DNA of 56,334 bases, from the NCBI GenBank assembly GCA_026989935.1, contig JALSIN010000305.1, forward strand, positions 1 through 56,334. The letters run 5' to 3'. The position numbers were made by a program, and so were the translations under genes. This DNA comes from Polyangiaceae bacterium. GTDB lineage: Bacteria > Myxococcota_A > Polyangia > Nannocystales > Nannocystaceae. Position 1 is the first letter of the stretch; each line of letters begins with the position of its first letter. Below the pieces are notes generated by a model, which was not told where the DNA came from, searched no databases, and saw only the letters and a program-made list of their open reading frames with translations. Of this stretch, positions 45,098-53,315 are shown one piece after another.

Positions 45098-46750
45098 TCA
45101 AGACGTGTCCACCGCGGCGGATCTTCCCTCGCTGCGCCGGGGCGTTTTCCGCAGGCGAGCGGGGACCCGCAGGGCCGCCAGCCCCTTGCGCCGCGCCCAC
45201 GCCTCCTCGTCCCCGTAGCGCAGGGGGCGGGTCCCGGGGGGCAGCCCCTCGAAGGCGGCGCACCAGGCGCGGTAGCCGCCGCCGGCGCGGACCGCGGCCA
45301 CGGCGGCGTGCCCGCCCTCGCTGCCCGCGCGAGCCAGCAGGTATTCGACGTGCGCCCACTTCGGGGACTGCGGGCGGATCGACACGGTACCCCGCAACGC
45401 CCGCCGGATCCGGTCGAGACGGGCGCGGGAGGCGGCGACCCCCACGAACGGAGCCCCGTCGAGGGGCGTGTTGCGCTTGGGGACGAAGGTCGAAAACGTA
45501 AGCGTCAGCGGGACGATCGATGCAAGCTCGCGGGCAAACTCGATGAGCTCGGTCACGTCGTCGTCGGTCTCCTCGGGGGCGCCGATCATCTCGTAGACCT
45601 TGAGGCCGGAAAACCCTGCCTCGGCCACCCGCTCGGCCGCGGTTCGCAGGTGGTCCTCGCGGATCCGCCGGTCGAGCAGGGTGCGCATCCGCTCCGAGAT
45701 TCCGTCCGAGGCCACCGTGATCTGCCGGTATCCGCCCCGGCGCAGGGCCGCGAGCAGCGACGGGGTCAGGCGGTCCGCGCGCAGACTGGAGATCCCGATG
45801 CCCCGGCCGCCTTCGACGATGCGGTGGACGATCGCTTCGAGTTGGGGGTGGTCGGTGACCGCCGCCCCGACGAGCCCGACGCGCCGGGCGTCCTCGGGGA
45901 TCGTGGCGAGGACCTCATCGGCCGAAAACAAGCGCATGCCGCCGTTCGTGGTCCGGCGCATCACGCAGAAGGTGCACGGGCGGGAGCAGCCGCGTTCGGG
46001 CTCCACGAGGAACATGTCCGCAAGCTCCGTGTCGGATGTCACGATGGCGCTGCGGGCCGGGAGCATCGCGCGCGGAGCCTTCCCCACCGGCGGCAGGTCG
46101 GCGCCGTAGGGCGCGCCGACCTCGCCGAGGACCGCGTGCGAGCAGCGCTCGGCGGCGGCCAGCGCACTCGATCGGGTCGGGGCGCGCAGGAGGTCGTCGA
46201 ACAGGTCGGCCACCAGGTGTTCCGCTTCCCCGAGGACCAGCACGTCCACCAGAGGGAGCAGGGGGTAGGGGTTCGAGAAGGTCAGGGGGCCGCCCGCCAC
46301 CACGATGGGGTCGCGCTCGTGTCGGTCGCGCGCGAGCGGCGGGATCCCGGCCGCCTCCAGCAGCCGCACGACCCCGGCGAGCTCGAGTTCGTAGGCCACG
46401 GAGAGCGCCACGACACGGTGTGCCGAAAGGGGGGCGCGGCCTTCGTAGGTGAGGATCGTCGTTGGGGGCCGGGGCCATGGCAGGGCGTTTCGCCCCCACC
46501 CATCGGGCAGGAAGGCCCGGTGGGTGCAAAGGCCCGCCTCGTGCAAGGTGCGGTAGATCGTCTGGTAGCCCAGGGAGGACATCGCCACCCGGTACGGGCT
46601 CGGGTACGCCAGCGCGATCCGCGCTGGCCGTCCCAGGCCCAAGGTCCCTCGTTCGAGGGCGAGGCGGCGGTCGATGACATCGCCGACGCTGGCCCGAGGC
46701 CCCCGCGCTGCGCGCCGATCCGCGCGGCCGCGACGCCGGGAGCGGCCCAT
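45098..46750 (-). CDS. radical SAM protein of the B12-binding-like N-domain class; resembles the uncharacterised TIGR03960-type family
   Basis: The N-terminal IALAYPSPYRVAMSSLGYQTIYRTL resembles the family signature. The radical SAM motif is CSRPCTFC. Confidence 0.82.
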   Translation of the reverse strand: MGRSRRRGRADRRAARGPRASVGDVIDRRLALERGTLGLGRPARIALAYPSPYRVAMSSLGYQTIYRTLHEAGLCTHRAFLPDGWGRNALPWPRPPTTILTYEGRAPLSAHRVVALSVAYELELAGVVRLLEAAGIPPLARDRHERDPIVVAGGPLTFSNPYPLLPLVDVLVLGEAEHLVADLFDDLLRAPTRSSALAAAERCSHAVLGEVGAPYGADLPPVGKAPRAMLPARSAIVTSDTELADMFLVEPERGCSRPCTFCVMRRTTNGGMRLFSADEVLATIPEDARRVGLVGAAVTDHPQLEAIVHRIVEGGRGIGISSLRADRLTPSLLAALRRGGYRQITVASDGISERMRTLLDRRIREDHLRTAAERVAEAGFSGLKVYEMIGAPEETDDDVTELIEFARELASIVPLTLTFSTFVPKRNTPLDGAPFVGVAASRARLDRIRRALRGTVSIRPQSPKWAHVEYLLARAGSEGGHAAVAAVRAGGGYRAWCAAFEGLPPGTRPLRYGDEEAWARRKGLAALRVPARLRKTPRRSEGRSAAVDTS

Positions 46751-46753
46751 GGG

Positions 46754-47737
46754 CTAGAAGCGCACGTGGGCGCCCGCGCCGCCGCCCCCAGGCAGCCACA
46801 TGGGCCCGGCACCCACGAGCCGGAAACGACGGCGCGCCGCCTGGGCGCCGCCTTGCTTCTTCTTCTTGGCCACGCCGGCAGCCAGCAGCGCGACCCCCGT
46901 CACGAACAGGACGCCGCCGCCGACGATGAGAGAGATCCCCACGGCGTTGAGCGTGGGGAGTTCCTTCGAGTCGGCCCGAAAGACGTTGTCGTCGGCGTAG
47001 CTTCCCTCGGGGAAACCGATGGGGCCCTTGCTCGCCAGGTTCTTGAGTTCGCCGGCCTTTTTGTACGCCAGACCGAGGCTCACCGCGCCGCCCACGGCCG
47101 CCAGCCCGCCCACGGCCACCAGGGCGGCTCCACCAATGGTCAGGCCGGAGGGCCGCTTGCGTGCCTCGGCCTCACGCTCTGCGTCCGCCATGCGCTCGCG
47201 CTCCTCTCGCCGACTCTCGAGGATCGGTGCGTCCTCGTTGTCCTCGGCCCGAGGAACGGCCACCGCCGGCTGCGGCTCCGGCTGGGGCTGCGGCTCGGGT
47301 TGCGCCTGGTTCTCGGCACACTTCGTGCGTTCGATCTCGAGGAGCATCTCCTGCGCCGTCGCGCGCTCGGGGTGCTCCGGCACCAGGTCGAGGAAGCGCT
47401 GGAGGGCCTGCTTGGCCTTGAGGCAGTCGCCCGCGTAGAAGGCCGCGCTGCCGATGTTGAAGTTGAACACGTGTAGCTGCGGCGCATAGACCAGGTAGGC
47501 ATCCTCGAACTTCTGGACCGCGGTCGCGAAGTCCTCGGCCTCGACCGCGGCGGTCCCTTCTGCGAACAGCTGCTTGGCTCGTTCGAGCTTCTCCTCGTCG
47601 GTCATGCCGGCCGTGGGGTCTTGTGCGGTAGCGCCGCCGGGCGCCGGCTGGGCGAGAACCCGCACCGGCAGCGCGGCGATCGACGCCGAGAGCAGGACGG
47701 AGAGGACGGGCGAGACGCAGGGAAGGCGAACGAGCAT
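46754..47737 (-). CDS. secreted TPR-like protein with a two-helix anchor and a Gly-rich ...HVRF terminus
   Basis: Signal peptide LSVLLSASIAALPVRVLA-QPA. TPR-like helices (AKQLFAEGTAAVEAEDFATAVQKFEDAY...). A (QPEP) repeat, a charged coil, two hydrophobic helices, then KKKKQGG...RRRFRLVGAGPMWLPGGGGAGAHVRF. Confidence 0.75.
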   Translation of the reverse strand: MLVRLPCVSPVLSVLLSASIAALPVRVLAQPAPGGATAQDPTAGMTDEEKLERAKQLFAEGTAAVEAEDFATAVQKFEDAYLVYAPQLHVFNFNIGSAAFYAGDCLKAKQALQRFLDLVPEHPERATAQEMLLEIERTKCAENQAQPEPQPQPEPQPAVAVPRAEDNEDAPILESRREERERMADAEREAEARKRPSGLTIGGAALVAVGGLAAVGGAVSLGLAYKKAGELKNLASKGPIGFPEGSYADDNVFRADSKELPTLNAVGISLIVGGGVLFVTGVALLAAGVAKKKKQGGAQAARRRFRLVGAGPMWLPGGGGAGAHVRF

Positions 47738-47749
47738 GGAAAGGTGGAC

Positions 47750-48313
47750 CTATCCGAACGGGTTGACGGTCTTCGGTTTCTTGGTGGAGGTCTTCTTCTT
47801 GCGGCGTTTGCGACGCTTTCGGCGCTTCTTCTTGGGCTTTTCCGTCTTGGTCTCGGCCTTTGAGTCACTCGCGGCCTGATCGGCGCCCGCGGCGCCACCG
47901 GTGCCCTGGCCAGCCTTCGCCTCCGCGGCCTTCGCCTCGGGCGCGGGGGTCGGGGTCGGGGTCGGGGTCGGCGGCGGCGGCGTGGTCGCCGCGGGTGCGG
48001 TGGGGGGCGGCGTCGGGGGCGGAGGCGGTGGCTCGGGCCGCATGATCAACATGCCCGTGATGACGATGACGACGAGCCCCACGACCGCCGAGATCCCGAC
48101 GATGAGCCCCGTGTTGCTCTTCGCGGGGGGGGCCGCCTCGCTCGGCTGAGCCGTCGCCTCGGCCGCGGCTGGCGCCGCGGCGGGCATCGGCTCGGGCTCG
48201 GGCTCGGGCTCCGGTTCGACGGTGGGCGTCATGGCCAACTCGTCCACGAGCTGACCGAGGAGATCGTCGAACGCGTCGGCGTCTTGCTGTCTGGGCTGGT
48301 TCACGGCCGACAT
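47750..48313 (-). CDS. single-pass membrane protein with Pro-rich (EP/TP) spacers and a polybasic C-terminal tail
   Basis: ATG 48313 has GAAAGG upstream. Acidic N-terminus with EPEPEPEPEP. TM helix GLIVGISAVVGLVVIVITGMLIM. PPPPPPTPPPT...PTPTPTPTP. The tail is KPKKKRRKRRKRRKKKTSTKKPK. The layout resembles TonB/TolA-type spacers but has no recognisable C-terminal domain. Confidence 0.65.
   Translation of the reverse strand: MSAVNQPRQQDADAFDDLLGQLVDELAMTPTVEPEPEPEPEPMPAAAPAAAEATAQPSEAAPPAKSNTGLIVGISAVVGLVVIVITGMLIMRPEPPPPPPTPPPTAPAATTPPPPTPTPTPTPAPEAKAAEAKAGQGTGGAAGADQAASDSKAETKTEKPKKKRRKRRKRRKKKTSTKKPKTVNPFG
47946..47969. repeat. (GGGGTC)4 hexanucleotide tandem repeat, coding (TP)n on the minus strand
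   Basis: Read directly from the sequence; it lies inside CDS 47750..48313. Confidence 0.9.
48188..48211. repeat. (GGCTCG)3-4 hexanucleotide tandem repeat, coding (EP)n on the minus strand
   Basis: Read directly from the sequence; it lies inside CDS 47750..48313. The last unit is imperfect. Confidence 0.85.
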
Positions 48314-48559
48314 CCTTTCGTTCCGGCGAGGCAGGGCGGAGTGTAACGGTAGGAAGCACCGGGCGACAAGCGCGCGGTCGGACGAATGAGGGAGCGCATC
48401 CACCGGGGCGGCGGCCGCGGGAACGTATCGCAGGGCCGTTCGGCTGCGAAGACCCGCCACCCGCTGGCGAGGATCCGGCAACTCCCGCGTCGGGGAGGGG
48501 GCTCGCGCCGGCCGACCCGCCTCCGCGCGTGCTGCGCTGGCAGTCGCCCGCCCGGTGGG

Positions 48560-50488
48560 TTAGCGGCCCTTCTTTTTCCCCGTGGTGGTACTGGTACGCC
48601 GTTTCGAGCCTTTTTTCGGCGCCCTGGGCCCGTCCCCTGGCTCGGCGTCGAAACGCCCCACGGCCGCCACGCTGCGGCCACCCGAGAACACTCCGCTGCG
48701 CACGATCCCGAAGCGAAGCCCCAGGGAAAGGCCGACGACGAGGCGGCCGGAGTCCACCCCGACGTCGGCGGACAGCGCGATGTGGCTGCCCCGGGCGAAG
48801 GCGTAGGTGTAACCGACGTGGGCCAGCGCCCGGTAGCCGATTCCCGTGTCGTCCGGGGCGCCGTCCTGGTCGAGATCGAGATCGCGCCGGCTCACCCCGC
48901 CGCGCGCGCCGACCGAGACCTGCCCGGCGTAGTCGCTGTACTTCGTATGGAGGAATCGCGTGTAGGAGACTCCGGCGTCGGTCGAAAACCCCTTGAGCGG
49001 GCCGAGGACGTCGTAATAGAAGCGAAGGTCGGCGTCGATCTGCTGCTCCAGGTCGAGCGGCACGCCCGCGAGAAACTGCAGGAAGGGAGCGCCGTTGTGG
49101 TCGCCCTCGCGCAGGAAACGGTCCGACTGGGCGATGGCCGCGTCGAACAGAAAACCCGCGCGGACCCGGATGCCCAGGTTCCGGTCGAGATAGGACGGAT
49201 CCTCCAGGACGCTACGGATGCGGTGGACCAGGCGCGGACCCGGCTCGCGCGCCAGCAACCCGTTCGAGCGCAACACCCCGAGCACGGCCGCCAGGCGCGG
49301 AAACGTGGAGAAACGGTTCGCCCGCCGGTACACCGCCACTTGCAGGGCGCGCCGGACCGCCGGGGGGATCTCGCCCGTGAGGATGTTCTCCGATTCGAGG
49401 ACGGCCACCAGGGCGTCGATGCGCAGGTCGGCGCCGGCGGCCAGGTGGCGGCCCCAGCCCAGGCCTGCCGCCGGCACCACGTCGAGGCCGAAGCGGGTGT
49501 CGGAAAGCGCGCTCTCGTCGATGCCGGTGGCCTGCACGTCCTCGACGCGGACGGACTGCACGCGCTGGGAGATCCCGACGGATGCAAAGGCGTGAGCGTC
49601 TGTTCGTCCAAAGTAGACGTGGACCGATCCGACGCCTTCGAGGGACTGGCCGATGAACAGGGTATCGCCGTCGTCGCTGCCGTCGGAGGCCGGGACCGCC
49701 GTGATGTCCCCGTTTCGCACCCGAGCCCACAAGGTTCCGTCCGTACGAAACCCCCATCGCTGGCGCTCGTCCACGTAGCGGGCGACCACCCCCAGGCCTG
49801 CGTCGGCCAGGACCGGGTTGCCGGTCCGCGCGCCGCCCGGCGGTCGGCGCAGGGGGACGTTCGCGTCCAGGTCGAGCGAGCCCAGGACGAACGCCAGATC
49901 CCGATCGCGCGCGAGGACGTTCGTCGGCAAGGGTTTTACGTCCGAGACGTCCTCGGCGGCGTCGGGGGCCACGCTGGCGGCTCCCATGGCGCCGAGCTGG
50001 GGGCCGCCCACGCCCGCCGCGCCCGGGGCGCCCGCCGCCGCGCCGGCTCCTTCCACCCCCAAAAGGCGTGCATCGTCGCGGGGGGTGCCGCCCAGCGCCG
50101 CGATGGCGTCGGCGGCCGCCCGGCGCACGAAGGCGTCCACGCTGCGATCGGCATAGACGCGCTGCAGCGCGTCGATGGCCCGCGGATCGCCGATTTTCGC
50201 CAGCGATTCCATGGCGATGGTCAAGACGGCGTCGAATCGCTCCGTCTCGACGATACGGATGAGGGCGTCCACGGCCTTGGGGGAGCGGCTCTTGGCCAGG
50301 CGCCGGGCGGCCTCACGGCGCTTGGTCCGCCAGACCTCCTCGTCCATGCCGGTCGGACGCCGTTCCAGGAGGGCGATGTCGTCCTCGGCCGGCGCCGCGC
50401 GGACCGGGCGAGGCGCCGCGCACAACCCGAGGGTGAAGACGAAGGCGGGCAGCGCGCTGCGCCGCCGAATGAGGGTCGAGCCGGTCAT
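48560..50488 (-). CDS. secreted HEAT-repeat protein with a large beta-rich (possibly barrel) C-terminal region and a basic tail
   Basis: Signal peptide ALPAFVFTLGLCAAPRPVRA-AP. PBS-lyase/HEAT-like repeats (KSRSPKAVDALIRIVE...LAKIGDPRAIDALQRVY...AAADAIAALG). About 450 aa of alternating-pattern beta-like sequence. The tail is KKGSKRRTSTTTGKKKGR. The ATG at 50488 overlaps the upstream stop (ATGA). Confidence 0.75.
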   Translation of the reverse strand: MTGSTLIRRRSALPAFVFTLGLCAAPRPVRAAPAEDDIALLERRPTGMDEEVWRTKRREAARRLAKSRSPKAVDALIRIVETERFDAVLTIAMESLAKIGDPRAIDALQRVYADRSVDAFVRRAAADAIAALGGTPRDDARLLGVEGAGAAAGAPGAAGVGGPQLGAMGAASVAPDAAEDVSDVKPLPTNVLARDRDLAFVLGSLDLDANVPLRRPPGGARTGNPVLADAGLGVVARYVDERQRWGFRTDGTLWARVRNGDITAVPASDGSDDGDTLFIGQSLEGVGSVHVYFGRTDAHAFASVGISQRVQSVRVEDVQATGIDESALSDTRFGLDVVPAAGLGWGRHLAAGADLRIDALVAVLESENILTGEIPPAVRRALQVAVYRRANRFSTFPRLAAVLGVLRSNGLLAREPGPRLVHRIRSVLEDPSYLDRNLGIRVRAGFLFDAAIAQSDRFLREGDHNGAPFLQFLAGVPLDLEQQIDADLRFYYDVLGPLKGFSTDAGVSYTRFLHTKYSDYAGQVSVGARGGVSRRDLDLDQDGAPDDTGIGYRALAHVGYTYAFARGSHIALSADVGVDSGRLVVGLSLGLRFGIVRSGVFSGGRSVAAVGRFDAEPGDGPRAPKKGSKRRTSTTTGKKKGR

Positions 50489-50934
50489 CGAGGATCGAGG
50501 CGGCCGCACCATCCAATGATACCTTCAATGTTGTCGTTTTGCGCGTTCGGGTCGTCGGAGTCGTCGAGGGTCTCTTGCAGGTCTGGACAGGGCGTCGTCT
50601 CGATGCAGGCGAGGATGACCGTGCCGAGATCCTGGGCGGCGCGCTGCACCTGCTCGACGCAGGCGGCGAAGGGGGCGGGGGGCTCGGGCCCGGGGTCCGA
50701 CGGGTCGTCCTGGAGGAGCACGACGCCGCAGGCGGCGAGCTTCTCGCAAGCGTCCCAGGTGGAGAAACCGCCGGGATCGGGGGGATCGACCGGGCAGTCG
50801 AGGGCGAGGCCGGCGGGTTCGTCGCACGGCGTGTAGGCGCCCTGCTGCGCCCCCTGGCAGGCCGCCGCGACCACGAGCAGCGCGATCGAAAACCGCGTGC
50901 GGCGGGCGGCGAGGCGGCGGCGCGACGGGCGCAT
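50485..50934 (-). CDS. small Cys-rich acidic lipoprotein
   Basis: MRPSRRRLAARRTRFSIALLVVAAAC-QGA is a canonical lipoprotein signal. The mature part has 9 further Cys. I trimmed the start to ATG 50934 because the longer ORF would run across tRNA-Glu. Confidence 0.72.
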   Translation of the reverse strand: MRPSRRRLAARRTRFSIALLVVAAACQGAQQGAYTPCDEPAGLALDCPVDPPDPGGFSTWDACEKLAACGVVLLQDDPSDPGPEPPAPFAACVEQVQRAAQDLGTVILACIETTPCPDLQETLDDSDDPNAQNDNIEGIIGWCGRLDPR

Positions 50935-51074
50935 CGATCGGTACCGTAGCGATCCGCGGCCGGGAGCGTCAATTCGGCCGGAAGACCGCAGGGGGTTGGG
51001 GGGCGCCGCCCCCACGGCGGCCTGGCGTGCCCGCACGACGAAAGGACCGCCCGCCGGGTGGCGAGCGGCCCTCG

Positions 51075-51149
51075 TGGTGACCCCACCGGGAATCGAACCC
51101 GGGTTTTTGGGATGAGAACCCAACGTCCTAACCGCTAGACTATGGGGCC
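51075..51149 (-). tRNA. tRNA-Glu (anticodon CUC), CCA encoded
   Basis: The reverse complement reads GGCCCCATAGTCTAGCGGTTAGGACGTTGGGTTCTCATCCCAAAAACCCGGGTTCGATTCCCGGTGGGGTCA+CCA. It folds as a cloverleaf with a 7-bp acceptor stem, anticodon loop TTCTCAT and T-loop TTCGATT. Confidence 0.93.
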
Positions 51150-51177
51150 GAAAGCGCCCCCTTGCTCCGGGGCGCGG

Positions 51178-51248
51178 CTCGGGGACTAGGATTCGAACCT
51201 AGACTGGTGGGACCAGAACCCACTGTCCTACCGTTAGACGATCCCCGA
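51178..51248 (-). tRNA. tRNA-Gln (anticodon CUG)
   Basis: The reverse complement reads TCGGGGATCGTCTAACGGTAGGACAGTGGGTTCTGGTCCCACCAGTCTAGGTTCGAATCCTAGTCCCCGAG. It has the U1:A72 pair typical of tRNA-Gln, anticodon loop TTCTGGT and T-loop TTCGAAT. No CCA is encoded. Confidence 0.92.
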
Positions 51249-51368
51249 AGAAGGGAATTTCGTGCTGTTGCCTCGTGTTTGCGGGCCGGCATGGTGCCCG
51301 GCCCCGAGCCGGTTGTCAACCCCTTTTTCGGCGGGCCGCCGGCGGGCCGCGGGAGGGGGGCGGGGGCG

Positions 51369-53315
51369 ATGTGCGGTATGGTCCGGCCCATGGCCACGAT
51401 CCACGGCAGGGCTTCGCGGCGGTGCGCCGTGCAGCGGGACGGGGGCCGACCGCAGCGGGCGACGGGCGGGCGGGAGATCGCGCGGCGGGTCCGGGCCGCG
51501 GGGCGGGCGTGGGGGCTGTGGGCCGGGCTCGTCGTGGCGGCGCTCGCAAGCGGGGGGTGCCGGCAGCCTGCGCCGGGGTCGCCGTCGCCGGGGCCGTCGC
51601 AGCCTGGACCGTCCCCGTCGGCCCCCGCTGCCGACGCGAAGGCGGTGCCTGCGGGCGCCGCCGAGGGGGGCGGGCCGCGAGCCGCCGATCCCCTGGCCGT
51701 GGCCGAGGGCGGGCACGGGGCCGTCACCAGCGCGGCGCTCGACGCCACCAGGGTGGGGCTTTCGGTGCTCGAGGCCGGCGGCAACGCCGTGGACGCGGCC
51801 GTGGCGGTGGGCTTCGCCCTCGCGGTGACCCATCCCTCCGCCGGCAACCTCGGCGGCGGCGGCTTCATGGTGGTGCGCATGGCCGGCGCGCCGCCCACCA
51901 CGTTCGACTTCCGGGAGGTCGCGCCGCGGGCGGCGTCGCGGGACATGTACCTGGGCCCGGACGGCGACCCCACGGGGGACAGCCGCACCGGCCCGAAGGC
52001 GGCGGGGATCCCCGGGACCGTGGCGGGCCTTGCGCTCGCACACGCCCGTTTCGGGTCGAAGCCGTGGCGCGAACTCGTCGAGCCGGCCGTGCGCCTGGCC
52101 CGCGACGGACACGTCCTCGACACCTTCCACGCCGACGACCTGCGCCGTGGGGCCGAGGCCATGAAGAAGGCGGGCTTCGAGACCTCGGCGCGGTTCTACC
52201 TGCGTCCCGACGGCTCCTTCTACGCGCCGGGGGACCGCTGGAAGCAGCCGGTCCTCGCCGCCACCCTCGCCCGGATCGCCGACGACCCGCGCAGCTTCTA
52301 CGAGGGACCGCTGGCCGAGGCGCTCGTGCAGGGGGTCCGCGACGCCGGGGGGATCTGGTCCATCGAGGACCTGCGCGCCTACCGGGCCAAGGAGCGCCCG
52401 CCGATCCGGTTTGCCTATCGGGGCGTCGAGGTGATCACGATGGGACCGCCGTCGGCCGGCGGCGTCGTGCTGCGCGAGCTGTTCGCCGCCAGCGAGGCCC
52501 TGCGGATGTACGAGATGCCCTGGCGCAGCGTGCAGGAGGTCCACCACCACGTCGAGGCGTGCCGCCGCGTGTACGCCGACCGCAACATGCTGCTGGGTGA
52601 CCCGGACTTCGTGAAGATGCCCCTGGACCGGCTGCTCGACCCGGCCTACGTGGCTCGGCGGATGAAGGACGTGCGCCCGGACCGGGCCACGCCGTCGTCA
52701 CAGGTGGGCTCGGGCCCCCCGGCGCCCCACGAGTCCGTGGAGACCACGCACTACTCGGTCGTGGACGCGGCGGGCAACGCGGTGGCGGTCACCACCACCT
52801 TGAACCTGGGCTTCGGAAGCAAGTTCGTCGTGGCCTCCACCGGTGTCCTCTTGAACGACGAGATGGACGACTTTTCGGTCAAGCCGGGCCATCCCAACGC
52901 CTTCGGGCTCGTACAGGGGGAGCCCAACGCCATCGAGCCGCGCAAGCGGATGCTAAGCTCCATGACGCCGACGATCCTCGTCCAGGACGGCGCGTTGCGC
53001 GCCGTGCTCGGCACGCCCGGGGGGCCCACGATCACCACCACGGTGTTCCAGATCGCCCGGGCCCTGGTGGACTACGGCCGGCCGCTGCCCGAGGCGGTCG
53101 AGGCCGTGCGCGTGCATCACCAGTGGCTGCCCGACGTGGTCTTCGCCGAGGCGCGGATCCCCCCCGACCTCGAACGCGGGCTCGCGGCGCTCGGGCACGA
53201 GGTTCGCAAGCGGCGGGCCATGGGGCACGCCAACTGCATCGAGGTCCTCCCGGACGGCACGCGGCGCGCCGTGGCGGATCGGTCCCGCGACGGCGGGGCG
53301 GCGCTCGCCTACTGA
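51369..53315 (+). CDS. ggt: gamma-glutamyltransferase (lipoprotein-type signal)
   Basis: LVVAALASGGC lipobox. GGNAVDAAVA, SAGNLGGGGFMVV, and the autoprocessing/catalytic region ETTHYSVVDAAGNAVAVTTTLNLGFGS. The start could be ATG 51369, 51378 or 51390. The upstream part of the ORF covers the tRNAs and is not coding. Confidence 0.9.
   Translation: MCGMVRPMATIHGRASRRCAVQRDGGRPQRATGGREIARRVRAAGRAWGLWAGLVVAALASGGCRQPAPGSPSPGPSQPGPSPSAPAADAKAVPAGAAEGGGPRAADPLAVAEGGHGAVTSAALDATRVGLSVLEAGGNAVDAAVAVGFALAVTHPSAGNLGGGGFMVVRMAGAPPTTFDFREVAPRAASRDMYLGPDGDPTGDSRTGPKAAGIPGTVAGLALAHARFGSKPWRELVEPAVRLARDGHVLDTFHADDLRRGAEAMKKAGFETSARFYLRPDGSFYAPGDRWKQPVLAATLARIADDPRSFYEGPLAEALVQGVRDAGGIWSIEDLRAYRAKERPPIRFAYRGVEVITMGPPSAGGVVLRELFAASEALRMYEMPWRSVQEVHHHVEACRRVYADRNMLLGDPDFVKMPLDRLLDPAYVARRMKDVRPDRATPSSQVGSGPPAPHESVETTHYSVVDAAGNAVAVTTTLNLGFGSKFVVASTGVLLNDEMDDFSVKPGHPNAFGLVQGEPNAIEPRKRMLSSMTPTILVQDGALRAVLGTPGGPTITTTVFQIARALVDYGRPLPEAVEAVRVHHQWLPDVVFAEARIPPDLERGLAALGHEVRKRRAMGHANCIEVLPDGTRRAVADRSRDGGAALAY

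Noticed and set aside
47946-48211. Short tandem hexanucleotide repeats, considered as a possible CRISPR or minisatellite locus.
   Set aside because: The units are 6 nt, directly adjacent with no spacers, and in frame within a CDS, where they encode (TP)n and (EP)n. They are low-complexity coding repeats.
50935-51123. N-terminal extension of ORF 50485..51123, which would add 63 aa to the Cys-rich lipoprotein.
   Set aside because: The extension runs across tRNA-Glu (51075-51149) and encodes non-signal-like sequence. The internal ATG at 50934 gives a canonical lipoprotein signal peptide.
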